A DNA stretch of 64,000 nt, from NCBI RefSeq assembly GCF_001194135.2, contig NC_068982.1:152162715-152226714 (forward strand), read 5' to 3'. Below are positions 39,597-51,350 of this stretch, piece by piece. A program made the position numbers and the translations under genes. The DNA comes from Octopus bimaculoides (taxonomy: Eukaryota). The notes under the pieces were generated by a model. It was not told where the DNA came from and made no database searches. It worked only from the letters and a program-made list of their open reading frames with translations. How positions within the stretch are numbered: position 1 is the stretch's first letter; each line of letters begins with the position of its first letter.

Positions 39597-39812
39597 ATAT
39601 ATCAGTTTCAAATCTTGGCACAAGACAAGAAAATTTGAGGGAAGGGGTAAGTCAATCACATCAACCCCACAGCTCAGCTGGTACTTACTTTATTGACCCC
39701 AAAAGGAAGAAAGGTAAAGTTGACCTCAGTAGCATTTGAACTTAGATTGTACAGATGGACAAAATACTGCTAAGCATTCTGCCTGGACTGCTAATGATTT
39801 TGCCAGCTCCCC
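39597..39812 (-). mobile_element. SINE family B, antisense copy
   Basis: ctggtacttactttattgaccccaaaagga.gaaaggtaaagttgacctc...tttgaactt is the reverse complement of the family core. Confidence 0.75.
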
Positions 39813-41320
39813 ACCTGATTCTACTAATAATTATATCACCAATTTGTTGAATGTGCTTGAACAATGGAATCTAAAACATACAAGATTAGTTTGTTGCATA
39901 GCAACTCCACTCATTCCTACTTGTTACACCTGTCTATATTTCTCTCACATCAGTCTTAGTGTCTTACTTCAAGGCCTTGCATCAACTACTTTACTCAAAT
40001 CTTCTCCTCTAGAGCATCATTCCCCTAGAATTTTCTTTTCTTCATCCACATTTTTCCTGTAGATGTTGACCTATAGAAATTAATGAAGCAGAGCATAAAC
40101 TGTATTGATCTTATCAGCCTTAGAGGGCCGGAAATGCTCATGGACATGGCCCCTTCTTCCAGATTAATCCATAAAATGTTATGTACTTACTGAGAAATAT
40201 CACATGTTTCCAAACAAGCTTTTATGATAATCATTCAGATAATTCTAAATATTTACTCATGGTGAAGGAACAAATATTCTAGAATTTTACTATTGGGCGA
40301 AATTTTAACTTAATCTTACTATTAGGAGAAATGTATTAAATAATGTAACTTGGTTTTGTATCTCAAATTCTTGGGATGTGAAGCAGAAGAGGTTCAGTCA
40401 CATCTCAAGATGTAGAGATGAAAAATTATCACATGTTGAGGAATAAACAAAAACAATGAACACGGCGGCAGTGGTGGTGGCAGCAGAAGTGATGATGGTG
40501 GTGGAGGAGGAGGTAGAAGTAGATTGCAGGTATAAGCTTGTTAAAGAAAGTATCATATATTATGTTCTGCAACTAATATCTTTTTATTTGGTTTTGAGCT
40601 AACAGAAGTTAGATAAAATCACTATAAAAGTAAACCAACAGCAGACATAACTAGATATAACCTGAAGGAAGTTGTATAAATGATCACATTGTTCTTTAGG
40701 AAAGATTCTAAAGAATAAAGAACTACTTTACATGAAATCAAAGAAATGAATTGTTGGAAAATAGTTGAAGCCATATTAATCCTAATAGAATCTCCAAACT
40801 TAGACAAACAACAAACACAAAGCAAACGACAGTTAAGGTTACAAAACAGCTTCACATCAGCAACAGTTTCGCTTGGCAGCAAAACACATTGCAACAGCAT
40901 ATAAAACAAATCTAACATAACATTCAATAATGGTAAGGTGAGAAAACATGGATATTATCAACAAAACTAAATATATATAAAAAATACTTTTAAAATATTT
41001 GAAATCAATAGAGATAGAAGCTACAGCCACAAACTAACTTTAAGGATGTTTTCAGTTGTAAAATAAGCAAAATTGTTTCTTTTCATTTAATTTGCTTTTA
41101 AGATTTTTCCCTGTCTTACCAAATTTTAGGTTGATAAAAGTAACTGAAAGGAACCTAAACTACTAATTCTAGCAGACAGGCATTTAGCTACAGGTTAACT
41201 CTGGTGTTGTACTATGATCTGAATAACAGGTTACTGGATGATATAACTACCCACATGCACATATGAGTATATGTATGTGTATATATATGTATAGTATATA
41301 TATATATGTGTGTGTGTGTG

Positions 41321-41577
41321 TGTGCAGGTGGCACGTAAAAAACTTTCATTTTGAGCGTGGCCGTTGCCAGTACCGCCTGACTGGCCCTCATGCCAGTGGC
41401 ACGTAAAAGTACCCACTACACTCTCAGAGTGGTTGGCGTTAGGAAGGTCATCCAGCTGTAGAAACTCTGCCAGATCAGATTGGAGCCTGGTGCAGCCTTC
41501 TGGTTCGCCAGCCCTCAGTCAAATTGTCCAACCCGTGCTAGCATGGAAGGCAGACGTTAAACAATGATGATGATGAT
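41321..41577 (+). mobile_element. RTE 3' UTR copy
   Basis: Same tail and (GAT)n end as the other copies. Confidence 0.8.
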
Positions 41578-42059
41578 ATATATATGTATAATATACAAGT
41601 GCATAAGATATTTGAGAACAGATTTATGTTTATAAAAAACAGATATATAATAACAAATAATAACTTTATTTATCAAAAAATTCTATGAAGACAAAAATAA
41701 ACCTTTTCTATAATGTTATTCAATAAAGCCACCTTCAGCTTCAACAGCTGGTTCTATACAAGATCTAAATCATCTACATGCTCAAATCAAGTGGTACTGG
41801 TTCATTCTGGATATTACTCTGACTATGGTTGCTTTCATAGAATGTTTGGTGTTATGAGTGTATTCATTGACCTCTCTCTCAACAACGCTCCACATGTAGT
41901 AGTCCAATGGATTCAGAATTAGGAGGCCAAATGTTATCTATATAACATCTATTTACCAATTGAGTAAACAGAACTATGAACACACCTAAATTCACTGTGA
42001 TTTTAAGGCCTAATTGACTAAAGGAAGGGGTAAGTTGTTTCCTAAATTTGTCTAGGGTA

Positions 42060-42425
42060 CTGAATTCCAGTTCAGAAACTTTCAGCAGTTGTAAACATAT
42101 GGATGAGTTACTGTTGGTGAATTGGAAAGTACCACCCTCTCCGGATTGAGCATCTGTACTGCAGACTCTAGGCCACTATCCTTTCAGCCTTATGACTTTA
42201 CAGTCAAAGGGGACATTACTCTAATTCTCCTCCTTTTTTCTGTTTTCTTTTTTGTTTTCCAGTGTTTGAACCTACGGCCTTTTACATATACTTCTTTCTT
42301 GCCCTTTCTCATTTTTTATCTCATCCTATCGTCCTGTTTTTAGCATGTTATGCCATGTGGGCACAGCCTGAGGATTGCATGAAGACACCAGATGTATTAG
42401 AAAATGATGTCTGAGCTGTTTCCAT
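42060..42425 (+). mobile_element. Penelope-like element 3' end (end of GIY-YIG ORF plus 3' trailer)
   Basis: LNSSSETFSSCKHMDELLLVNWKVPPSPD*; inverted homologue of 44757-45130. Confidence 0.65.
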
Positions 42426-43556
42426 CACATTAAACTGATAGTAACTCATAAAAATATATATTGTTTATTAGATAACATTTATCTCTCACCAGATGGAGTA
42501 CTTTTTGTTGATCTTACATCACAGAACAGTACATCATATATATATATATATATANNNNNNNNNNNNNNNNNNNNNNNNNNNNNNNNNNNNNNNNNNNNNN
42601 NNNNNNNNNNNNNNNNNNNNNNNNNNNNNNNNNNNNNNNNNNNNNNNNNNNNNNNNNNNNNNNNNNNNNNNNNNNNNNNNNNNNNNNNNNNNNNNNNNNN
42701 NNNNNNNNNNNNNNNNNNNNNNNNNNNNNNNNNNNNNNNNNNNNNNNNNNNNNNNNNNNNNNNNNNNNNNNNNNNNNNNNNNNNNNNNNNNNNNNNNNNN
42801 NNNNNNNNNNNNNNNNNNNNNNNTAATATATAATATATATGTATATAACTAATTTAGAGACGAACCACCACTCTACAACTGAGAACCAGTCCAAAACCAT
42901 GCTGTGAGGTATATACCATCTTAATATATTTAAGATTTTAATCTAAAAATTTAAATTAAATAATATATTACATAAATAAATCATAGAAATATTAATTTTA
43001 AAAATTTAAAAGTCAAAATTATAAATTAGACAGTAAAAATTAATACGATAATATACAGTATGGAAGTATAAATGTAAAAAGTTAGTGCTAGTACATAGAC
43101 TACGAGCATTTCATGGCTGAAATAGGGCTATATAAAATCATAAGCAAATTCTATCCAAGTTCATTAGAACGGGGAAATGATTTTACTCTCCAAATCAGAA
43201 AAATCTTCAGGTCAAATCCCTAAGAAAATACCTAAAATCATTCATGGAATAAACATAAACATGAGAAATAAAAATATATCTAAAGAGACAAAATCTGTAA
43301 ACTAATCCCTACCTTAACGGTGTTAAAATAATTATTAAGAGTTAGAACCTAAAAATATTGAAAAAGAGTATTATAGTAAACAAAGTTAAAACATTATGGA
43401 ATAAGTTGATAATAGTAAAAAATGCGTTAGTGTATAAAGTTACTAAAAGACGGATGTCAATATTGTTTATAAAATTAAAGTAAGAAAACATGACTTATCT
43501 GCTGGCTGGTAACTGTACATTAAACCCAAAATGGCTGCGCTATAGAATTTACACCA

Positions 43557-44003
43557 AAAGGTCACGTGATAAATATGGCATCTATTACCCAGAAGTACAT
43601 GCGTGTTATAATTACTAAAATAATAACGAAAATATCGAAATAGAAAATCTACCTAAAATAAAAAGTTTCTTGGGGATTGAAAATACTAAAATACCTCAAC
43701 TTGCAAATTAACGCAGAGTAATACCTATACACATTCGAAAATTCTATAATACGTGAATAATGCTATGAAAATTAATACTGAAAAGTCACGTGATAAACAT
43801 GGCGTCCCTTACCAGAGGTAAATACGTATTATAATTACTAAAATAATTACGATAATATCGAAAAAGAAAATCTACCTAAAATAAAAAGTTTCTTGAGGAT
43901 TAATAATACTAAAATGCTTAAAACTCTCAGATTTACGCAGAATAATAACTATACCAAATGCAAAAGTTATATATTACTTAAATAATGTTATGAAACATTG
44001 TAA
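43557..44003 (+). repeat. Tandem duplication with a ~224-bp period (2 units)
   Basis: aaaa(g)GTCACGTGATAAA..TGGC...ATAATTACTAAAATAA...GAAAATCTACCTAAAATAAAAAGTTTCTTG recurs at a 223-224 bp offset. Confidence 0.85.
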
Positions 44004-44026
44004 AAGACTGCTCATATTATCATTGA

Positions 44027-44321
44027 GGCGGCGAGCTGGCAGAAACGTTAGCACGCCGGGCGATATGCTTAGCGGTATTTCGTCTGCCGCTACGTTCTGA
44101 GTTCAAATTCCGCCGAGGTCGACTTTGCCTTTCATCCNNNNNNNNNNGCCGCTACGTTCTGAGTTCAAATTCCGCCGAGGTCGACTTTGCCTTTCATCCT
44201 TTCGGGGTCGATTAAATAAGTACCAGTTACGCACTGGGGTCGATGTAATTGACTTAATCCGTTTATCTGTCCTTGTTTGTCCCCTCTGTGTGTAGTCCCT
44301 TGTGGGTAGTAAAGAAATAAT
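44027..44321 (+). mobile_element. Young tRNA-derived SINE family B with a putative 13-bp TSD
   Basis: CpG-rich; A-box-like TGGCAGAAACG and B-box-like GTTCAAATTC; flanks atattatcattga (44014-44026) and atattatcgctga (44322-44334). The 52-bp internal repeat around the N10 gap is probably an assembly overlap. Confidence 0.85.
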
Positions 44322-44481
44322 ATATTATCGCTGAATACTTAAATTAAAGGTAGTTATATGTTCCAATTTTGTATAATATTGTGATGATTAAAGTGTATTC
44401 TAAAGCTAATCTGATGTATTTTACGCTACTGATCACAACTATAAGTTGGTACCTAATCCTAGGTTTAAATAAATAAATTAG

Positions 44482-44754
44482 TTATCTAAACCTATTATAT
44501 AAGTAATTTAATTTATGTCTGCATTTAATATTACGTTCATCGTGGGAGTCAATCAATTTTTTATGAGCTAATATCTCTTTAAATTCGGTAGTACATAATA
44601 AGCAGAATTTATTCCCTATCCTATATGATTTAGCCTTGCAAACTATTTCCCATTTTAACTCGTATTCTATTCTTTTTGATTTAAGTTCCCAAATGTATTT
44701 ACTAAGGCCCGTAGAGTTCATTAAATTTCTGTTCTTAAAAGAATTCATATGTCG
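44482..44754 (-). mobile_element. Penelope-like GIY-YIG endonuclease C-terminal fragment (family 2)
   Basis: RHMNSFKNRNLMNSTGLSKYIWELK...KWEIV...CLLCTTE...KCRH; the CxLCxxE...CRH signature is typical of some Penelope-like clades. Confidence 0.75.
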
Positions 44755-45410
44755 ATCCAATGCAAACAGTTCAGACACCATTTTTTAATACATCTGGTGT
44801 CTTCATGCAATCCTCGGGCTGTACACACATTGCATAACATGCTAAAAACAGGACAATAGGATGAGATAAAAAATAAGAAAAGGTGAGAAGGAAGTAGATG
44901 TAAAAGGTGGTAGGTTAAAAAACCGGAAAACGTAAAAGAAAACAGAAAAAGCAAGAGGGGAGAATTGTAGTTATGCCCCCTTTGCCCATAAAGTCATAAG
45001 GCTGACAGGATAGTGGTAAAGAGTCTGCAGTACAGATGCTGAATCCGGAGAGGGTGGTACATTCCAATTTGACAATAGTAGCTCATCCATATGTTTACAA
45101 CCACTGAAATTTTCAGATCTGGAATTCAGCGAAAAGGTTCTGTATTCTTTCAGCTATGCATAGTTTACATTTTTTTTTTGATCCATTGACATATGGTGTG
45201 GACTTTTCAACTATTTTCTACTTTATTGTATGTGATGTGGTGTTAGACTTTAAACTCCATATGTGGCTAGCCAACTTAGTGGCTTTACTTTTGTTCCTAT
45301 GTTGGAAGGAAGATATGTGATTAGCATAGCGATTTTTGAAATCACCTTCATATAGCCCAATGTATCCTTTTTTTTCAGTTCTGTTGTTGTCATCTAGCAT
45401 TGCTGTAATT

Positions 45411-45415
<5 letters not shown>
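44755..45415 (-). mobile_element. 5'-truncated Penelope-like element (family 1): GIY-YIG domain plus 3' trailer
   Basis: GYIGLYEGDFKNRYANHISSF...TKLASHIWSLK...IK*KIVEKS...CKLCIAE...NSRSENFSGCKH, followed by a trailer homologous to 42060-42425. Confidence 0.75.
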
Positions 45416-45469
<54 letters not shown>

Positions 45470-47854
45470 ATGACAACAGCTAGTAGACCCTCACTCTTGG
45501 TGGTTTTACTGCATGCCCTGACACCTAGGAAGGGTAGTTCTGCATCCCTGTGCTCAGGTAGATTGTCATTATATATGCTAGTTAACTCTTAGTGGGACCC
45601 TGACAAGTGGTACTACTTCAGTTGAGAGTAGACCTAGGAACAATAATGGCTAAGAGGTGGTTTCACACTCCACAAAACCCTGGAAGTCTGAACTAAAGCC
45701 CCATTATCAGATTAGTTTAAAGCCATACTCAAGACATACTCTGATGTATAACCTGTGGTTTCACATGATTAGTGGTCAGCTTGCTTCAGCCTGTCACTAA
45801 GTACTAATCGTGGAGACTCAGCAAGTGTTTATCACAATAATCCAATTACATATGGATGTCTCTTTATGGTGACCTCATTTTATATTCAATCAATTGAAAG
45901 TCCTATCACATTGGAAGAGTGGTGACATGTTCAGACTTAACCAGCTGGAAGCACACAGTAACAACTTTTGTTTGTCACCTATACTTCAAACCATGCAGAT
46001 CTGCAGCTGGATGTAATAGTCATCTGAGAAGTCATGGGTGGAAAATCAGAAATGCAATTGACAACAAGGAAGCACAAAGTGATGGCAATTATCTGTGAAG
46101 GTGGAGTAATCACCATTTATATACATAGCACCAGCACCAGCAGGATTGCCAAGCAACTTGCAAGACAAAGACTTTTTTCAGCTGAGAGATAGAAGTGGCT
46201 GCATGCCAGGTGAGAGGTTAAGGTATAATAGAGAGATAGATAAATGTCATACTATAGAGGAGATACTCAGCTACCTCAGTAGGACAAGGATTGGAGAGGA
46301 AGGGGAGAGAGAGCTACAAAGATAGATAGTAAAACAGAATGAGAAATAGGTGTTGGAGATACATTGGGACCTATCCAAAGGGAACAGTGGAGAGGGAGTA
46401 TAAGTAGTACAGAGGAGATAAGAGGGATGTTCCATGAGAGTGTGAGGGGAAAGGTTTAGAGATGGGGAAGACATGATTGTAGCAAGTGAGGGAAATTGGA
46501 GAGGCTGGGAGTGGGGTAAGGTAAATATGTGAGACATGGGGAGTGTTCAGATAGGCATGTGAGGGAGAGATGAGGGGCTTGCAGTAGGTGAGGCAGGTGA
46601 GGGAGAAAAGATGGGCCAGGAGTGAGTGGTGATCATGGGTGGTGAGATGAGGGTCTTGAAAAGATGGATTGTGGGGGAGTTTTGACAGAGGACAGATTAT
46701 GTGTGTGTGTGAGGCAGTGCATGACTCTAAAGGACATGCCTATATGTATGGATGGCCATGATTTTACTTAGTTTGATGTGTCTTTTCTAATATAGCAAAT
46801 TTACAGAATATATATATGTGTGTGTGTGTGTGCGTGTGCGTGTGCGTATATTCATTCATTCCCACAGTGCAGCATTTTGGGAAAATGTAGCTTCTGCTAC
46901 AGTCTTAGATTAATTAAAGCCTTGTGAGTGGATTTGGTAGAAAGAGACTGAAAGAATCCCATTGTTTATATGTGTAAGGATATGTAAAACTATGTGCACA
47001 TGTGTGTGAGAGTGCATGTGCATGTGTGTGGTAGTGATGGTTTACAAAACATCCTCTTTAATGATAAAAATAGGATTTTGATACAATGCTGAACCAGCAC
47101 ACTGAATAAATAGAATAATATAATTTCTGTAACAAGAAATATAGAGATGTTTTCGTACAAGTTACAATGATTTAAATCAATAAAATTGTCCACAAGATGA
47201 AACCATTCTTTAATTCTTTATTTATTTTCATTTTATTCTAACACTTTTATATCTCTTACAATCATTTCTAAATACTCTTATTTTATTTTATATTTATAAA
47301 TTTTTATTGAGTCAATGCATTATCAGATTACAAGTAATAAAATGTCCAAATATTATAGATTAGTTAAGTTTAATATTTATATTTACAAATATATTTCATC
47401 TTCAATTTGATTGCATTTTTCAGAAATAAAAATATTTTAAGGACCCTTCACAATGTCTACTACACTTGTTGCACACTTAATGTCACCACCAAATACTGTC
47501 AACACAAAGTACCATTGTGATGAATTCTGTGCATAAGGGTGCTCTTATCTTTATGTGGTCTGTCTTGGCAAATCCCCATTGAAGAACCAATTTCTATTCC
47601 AAATAATTTGAATTCTTAACTGCTTGATATTTCAACATTTAGCTGACAAAAGATGCAATTAAAATTATACTTGCTTCCAGCTGGGAGCTATGACTCTCCA
47701 TGTCAAATTATGACAAATTAGATTTTACTATGCAAATATAAGTGTTTTGACTATGGATAGAATGCATTTCTACTGAAGGGATACAGGATATCAATCATTT
47801 TCTTCAATGTTGATTCCTTATAAATTCAGTGGCTACGTTACTCTGCATAATAAA

Positions 47855-48155
47855 GTGGTGAGGGTATTCAGCTCGTGATTGTAAGGTTGTGAGTTTGATT
47901 CCCAGTGACGTATTGTGTCCTTGAGCAAGATACTTTATTTCATGTTGCTCCAGTCCACTCAGATGGCAAAAATGAGTTGTACTTGCAATTCAAAGGGCCA
48001 GCCTCATCACATTCAGTGTCACGCTGAATCTCCCTTAGAACTACATGAAGGGTACAAGTATCTGTGAAGTGCTCAGCCACTTGCATGTAAATTTCACAAC
48101 CAGGTTATTCTGTTGTTTGAATCAACCCTTGTCATCATAACCGATAGAGTGCCAG
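47855..48155 (+). mobile_element. tRNA-headed SINE with a CORE-like central block; more decayed neighbour at about 48375-48600
   Basis: gtaaggttgtgagtttgattccc B-box-like head followed by tgtgtccttgagcaagatactttatttc. Confidence 0.55.
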
Positions 48156-48338
48156 TTTTTTAATAAAATGCTTGTCCAGTTGAAACATTTCTCTGATGTT
48201 ACCTCTAAGATCAAATTTTCAACTATTTTCACATCACAGGAATATCATGCTATCTCCATCAACTCTATACTAATCAACCACATTGTTTTTAATTGGCAAT
48301 ACTACATTATGCATGTGTTTGTAAGTGTGCATGTGCTT

Positions 48339-48376
<38 letters not shown>

Positions 48377-48858
48377 CTAAGTGCTTACAGTGTTGTACTC
48401 ATGATCACAAGATTGTAGTATGGATTCCCAGATTGTGGGGTGCATGGTGTTCTTGAAGAAAATACTTCATTTCACATTGTTCTATGATCATCTCATCATC
48501 TGATGTATGGTACACTTGTGTGCTTGTACAAGCAATGTCAATTTGATGGAGGGACTGCGCTTATGTGAATACAATCATAGACAAGCCATCTGTGAAGTTG
48601 TTCAAGCAAGAAATTATGGAACTCTCTAACGGTGAGAGAGTCCATATTATATGTATGTTGCTTAATATCAAACAAATGAGAAAGGAGTATTCAACACATG
48701 TCAAAGAGTATATGATGTTTTCTCACTAAAATTGAGGCTAGGAGCTGGTCATGCAACTTGAATTTCATGCTGCAGCGATCTTCAGGGCTGAAGATTGCAG
48801 TTGATTTTTACTTGGTGAGGATACAAAAACAACTGATGATATGTATTGCAATTTTAGC

Positions 48859-48920
<62 letters not shown>

Positions 48921-49510
48921 TAATAATGTAATATATTAAGTGAAAATAAATTGCCATGCCTTTGAAATATTTGTAGCATGTATTGAACTGTCAATATTTA
49001 TTCATCTTCATTTATTTTATATGTAAATGTTTGTTTTTATATTGGGCTATAATAAAAACAATTTTGCATTAAACTGAAAAATACATATTTATTATTCTTT
49101 TACATGAATAGTGTTGACAGTGATTTCAATGATTTGGCCTGCTTAGCCTTCATTTCAAAATACAAGTCAAGTAATAGAATCAATAAATGTAATCAAATAC
49201 CTCACCCAAATTTAAGGCTTTGTATCTAAATTATAAACAATTTTTAAATAAGTTTTTTTTAACGAATCTGAATGGTACATGTTTATTTAGTATGGTTATT
49301 TTTTTAATTTTAAAAATATTAACATGAAATCATGTTTGTATATCAAGTTGTTTGTGTTATATATTATTCTTAATTATGTTAAGTTTCAATACTTTCTAAA
49401 CATATTTTTTTGTCATTTTATTAAATGTTTTAAGCAAATTATTTCTTGAACATAATTTAATCAAATAACATAATCCTATTTTAAATTATATTGCATTCCT
49501 GTTATTCTTA

Positions 49511-49545
49511 GACTAACTATTACTTTTTTTTTTATTTACTTTCAG
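49511..49545 (+). promoter_or_regulatory. Branch point (GACTAAC), polypyrimidine tract and 3' splice site of the 17.7-kb CNBD intron
   Basis: gACTAAC at 49511-49517 followed by a T-rich tract and ttcAG. Confidence 0.7.
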
Positions 49546-51065
49546 AAATTTGTCTTCTTACTAATGCGAAACGTGTGGCAAGTGTTCGATCTGAGACTTA
49601 CGTGAATTTATATTCATTGTCAGTAGAACACTTCAATGCAGTCCTCGACAACTACCCAGTAATGAGACGAACAATGGAAAGTGTAGCTGCCGAGAGACTT
49701 TCAAAGATTGGCAAAAATCCTAGTATTGTCAGCAGTCGTGCTGATTTGGAAGAGGATCAAAAATTAGTTAATGAGATTGTCATGGAGTCTACCCCCATTC
49801 CCACCAGTGCTAGCGAAGATGAAGATAGAGAATCTGATGACAGTTATGAAACGAAACCTAAAAAGAAATTCAAGTTTGATTTTCCTCTAACTCTTCAGAA
49901 AATAACTGAAGAGCGAAAGTCAAAATCAAAAGAGAACCTTGCTAGAATGGCTGGTGATGATAGGGACGACTATAGGCCATCAAATATCTTTAGCAGGTTA
50001 CCCAAAGTGCATTCTGGGTCAAATCTTTTTGGTTTAAGAGTTCCCCAAATGCCTGATCGTAAAAGAACTGGTAGTTGCGGAGATGTTTTAGGAATCATCA
50101 GTGAAACGAACAAGGACATTAAAGAATCAAAGGATGAAAAGATGTCTCCAGAAAAGAAAATGAAGGATGATAAAGAGAAGGAAGATAAGGAAGAGAAAGA
50201 AAAAGATAAGACAAAAGAAAAAGAACACGAGAAAGAATCAGAAAAGGAGAAAGAGTCGGAGAAAGAGAAGGAGGAGAAAGAGAAAGACAAAGACAAGGAA
50301 AAACATCAATACCACCATCACCACCATCATTCCATTGTGAAAGATGATAAATGTCGTGAACGTAAACCAATTTTAAAGCAAACTTCTCAAGAAGACAAGA
50401 AAGAGCACTGTTCTACCGATGAAGATGGTAATAATGAGAGAAAAAAACCAAGTTATTTGGAAAAAAAGTTAAAATTAACTGATGGGTCAAGTCGAGATCA
50501 CAAAGCTCGCAAATATAGAGAACGTAAGACTCCAAGTCTGGATGAAAGGTCAGTGACTTTTGAAAGCAGACCTGGTATGCAATATTTGAAACTTCCTGGA
50601 GACTCTGGAGTTTCTTCTGATAAAATCAAAGGAAAAGTATCTGAATTATCAAAAGAGCAAAGACCTAGATCAAAGAGTGTAGATATTAAAAGTAAAACGC
50701 TGGACCAAAAAACTGAGAAAAAGGATGATAAAGAAAAAGAGAAAGATGACAAAGAAAAAGAAAAAGAAAAAGAGCAGGACAAATCAGAAAAATTAGATAA
50801 ATCTTCAAATGGTAAATTTCAGGAGAGTAAGACAGAAAAGACTAATGTTGAAAAATCTTCTGATGAAAAAACAGAAAAATCAGCAACGAAGGCAAAACCA
50901 GCAGCACCGGTCAGTGAACAGAGAACTGGCAGGATAAGTCCCAGTAAAGCAAAACCAATTACTGGTGAAGTTAAAGTAGAAAAACCAACTATAGGAAAAT
51001 TAATAACCTTAGATATTAAGAAACCTGGTGAAGAATATCCAGATTCTAAAGAATCTCCAGTTTAG
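49546..51065 (+). CDS. HCN: HCN/Ih channel terminal exon: phosphate-binding cassette, B/C helices, long charged C-tail ending ESPV*
   Basis: ttcAG acceptor; G+AA completes Glu of [17 protein letters not shown]; open to TAG at 51063-51065 (1520 nt). The HCN-like part is certain; that the whole tail is one exon is inferred from the uninterrupted ORF. Confidence 0.93.
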
Positions 51066-51344
51066 AATGTGAAAAAAATATATAGCAATATCATCTGGTT
51101 TACCCATTTTCATCAGGGTATTTACATCTGGTTTTTTTTTCATTTTTGTTACTTTTGTTTTATTTTTTATTTTTAAATAACGTCACCATTTTAAAATCAT
51201 GTGATGTAAGCTACAGCTATGTAACTAAAAAAACAAAGTTAGCATCTTGCTGTAGTTTGTGATAATTGAAAAGGTTTCTCTCTAGACACGACTGATTGAT
51301 GTTCCATTCAAACCTTCTCGTCTTTAAGGTGGTCAGTAACTTAG

Positions 51345-51350
51345 AATAAA
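51345..51350 (+). promoter_or_regulatory. First candidate polyadenylation signal (AATAAA) after the HCN stop; further candidates at 52850, 54128 and 54312
   Basis: Hexamer match only; AATAAA is frequent by chance in AT-rich DNA. Confidence 0.3.

Noticed and set aside
2187-41577. Apparent sense-strand bias of RTE tails inside the HCN gene (about 7 sense versus 2 short antisense)
   Set aside because: Too few copies, counted by eye; needs a genome-wide test.
44086-44199. 52-bp internal tandem duplication in the young SINE
   Set aside because: The two copies sit on either side of a 10-N gap; most likely an unmerged contig overlap.
49970-50782. Three minus-strand ORFs overlapping the terminal exon
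   Set aside because: Antisense shadows of GA-rich coding sequence (Ser/Phe/Leu-rich); no independent support.
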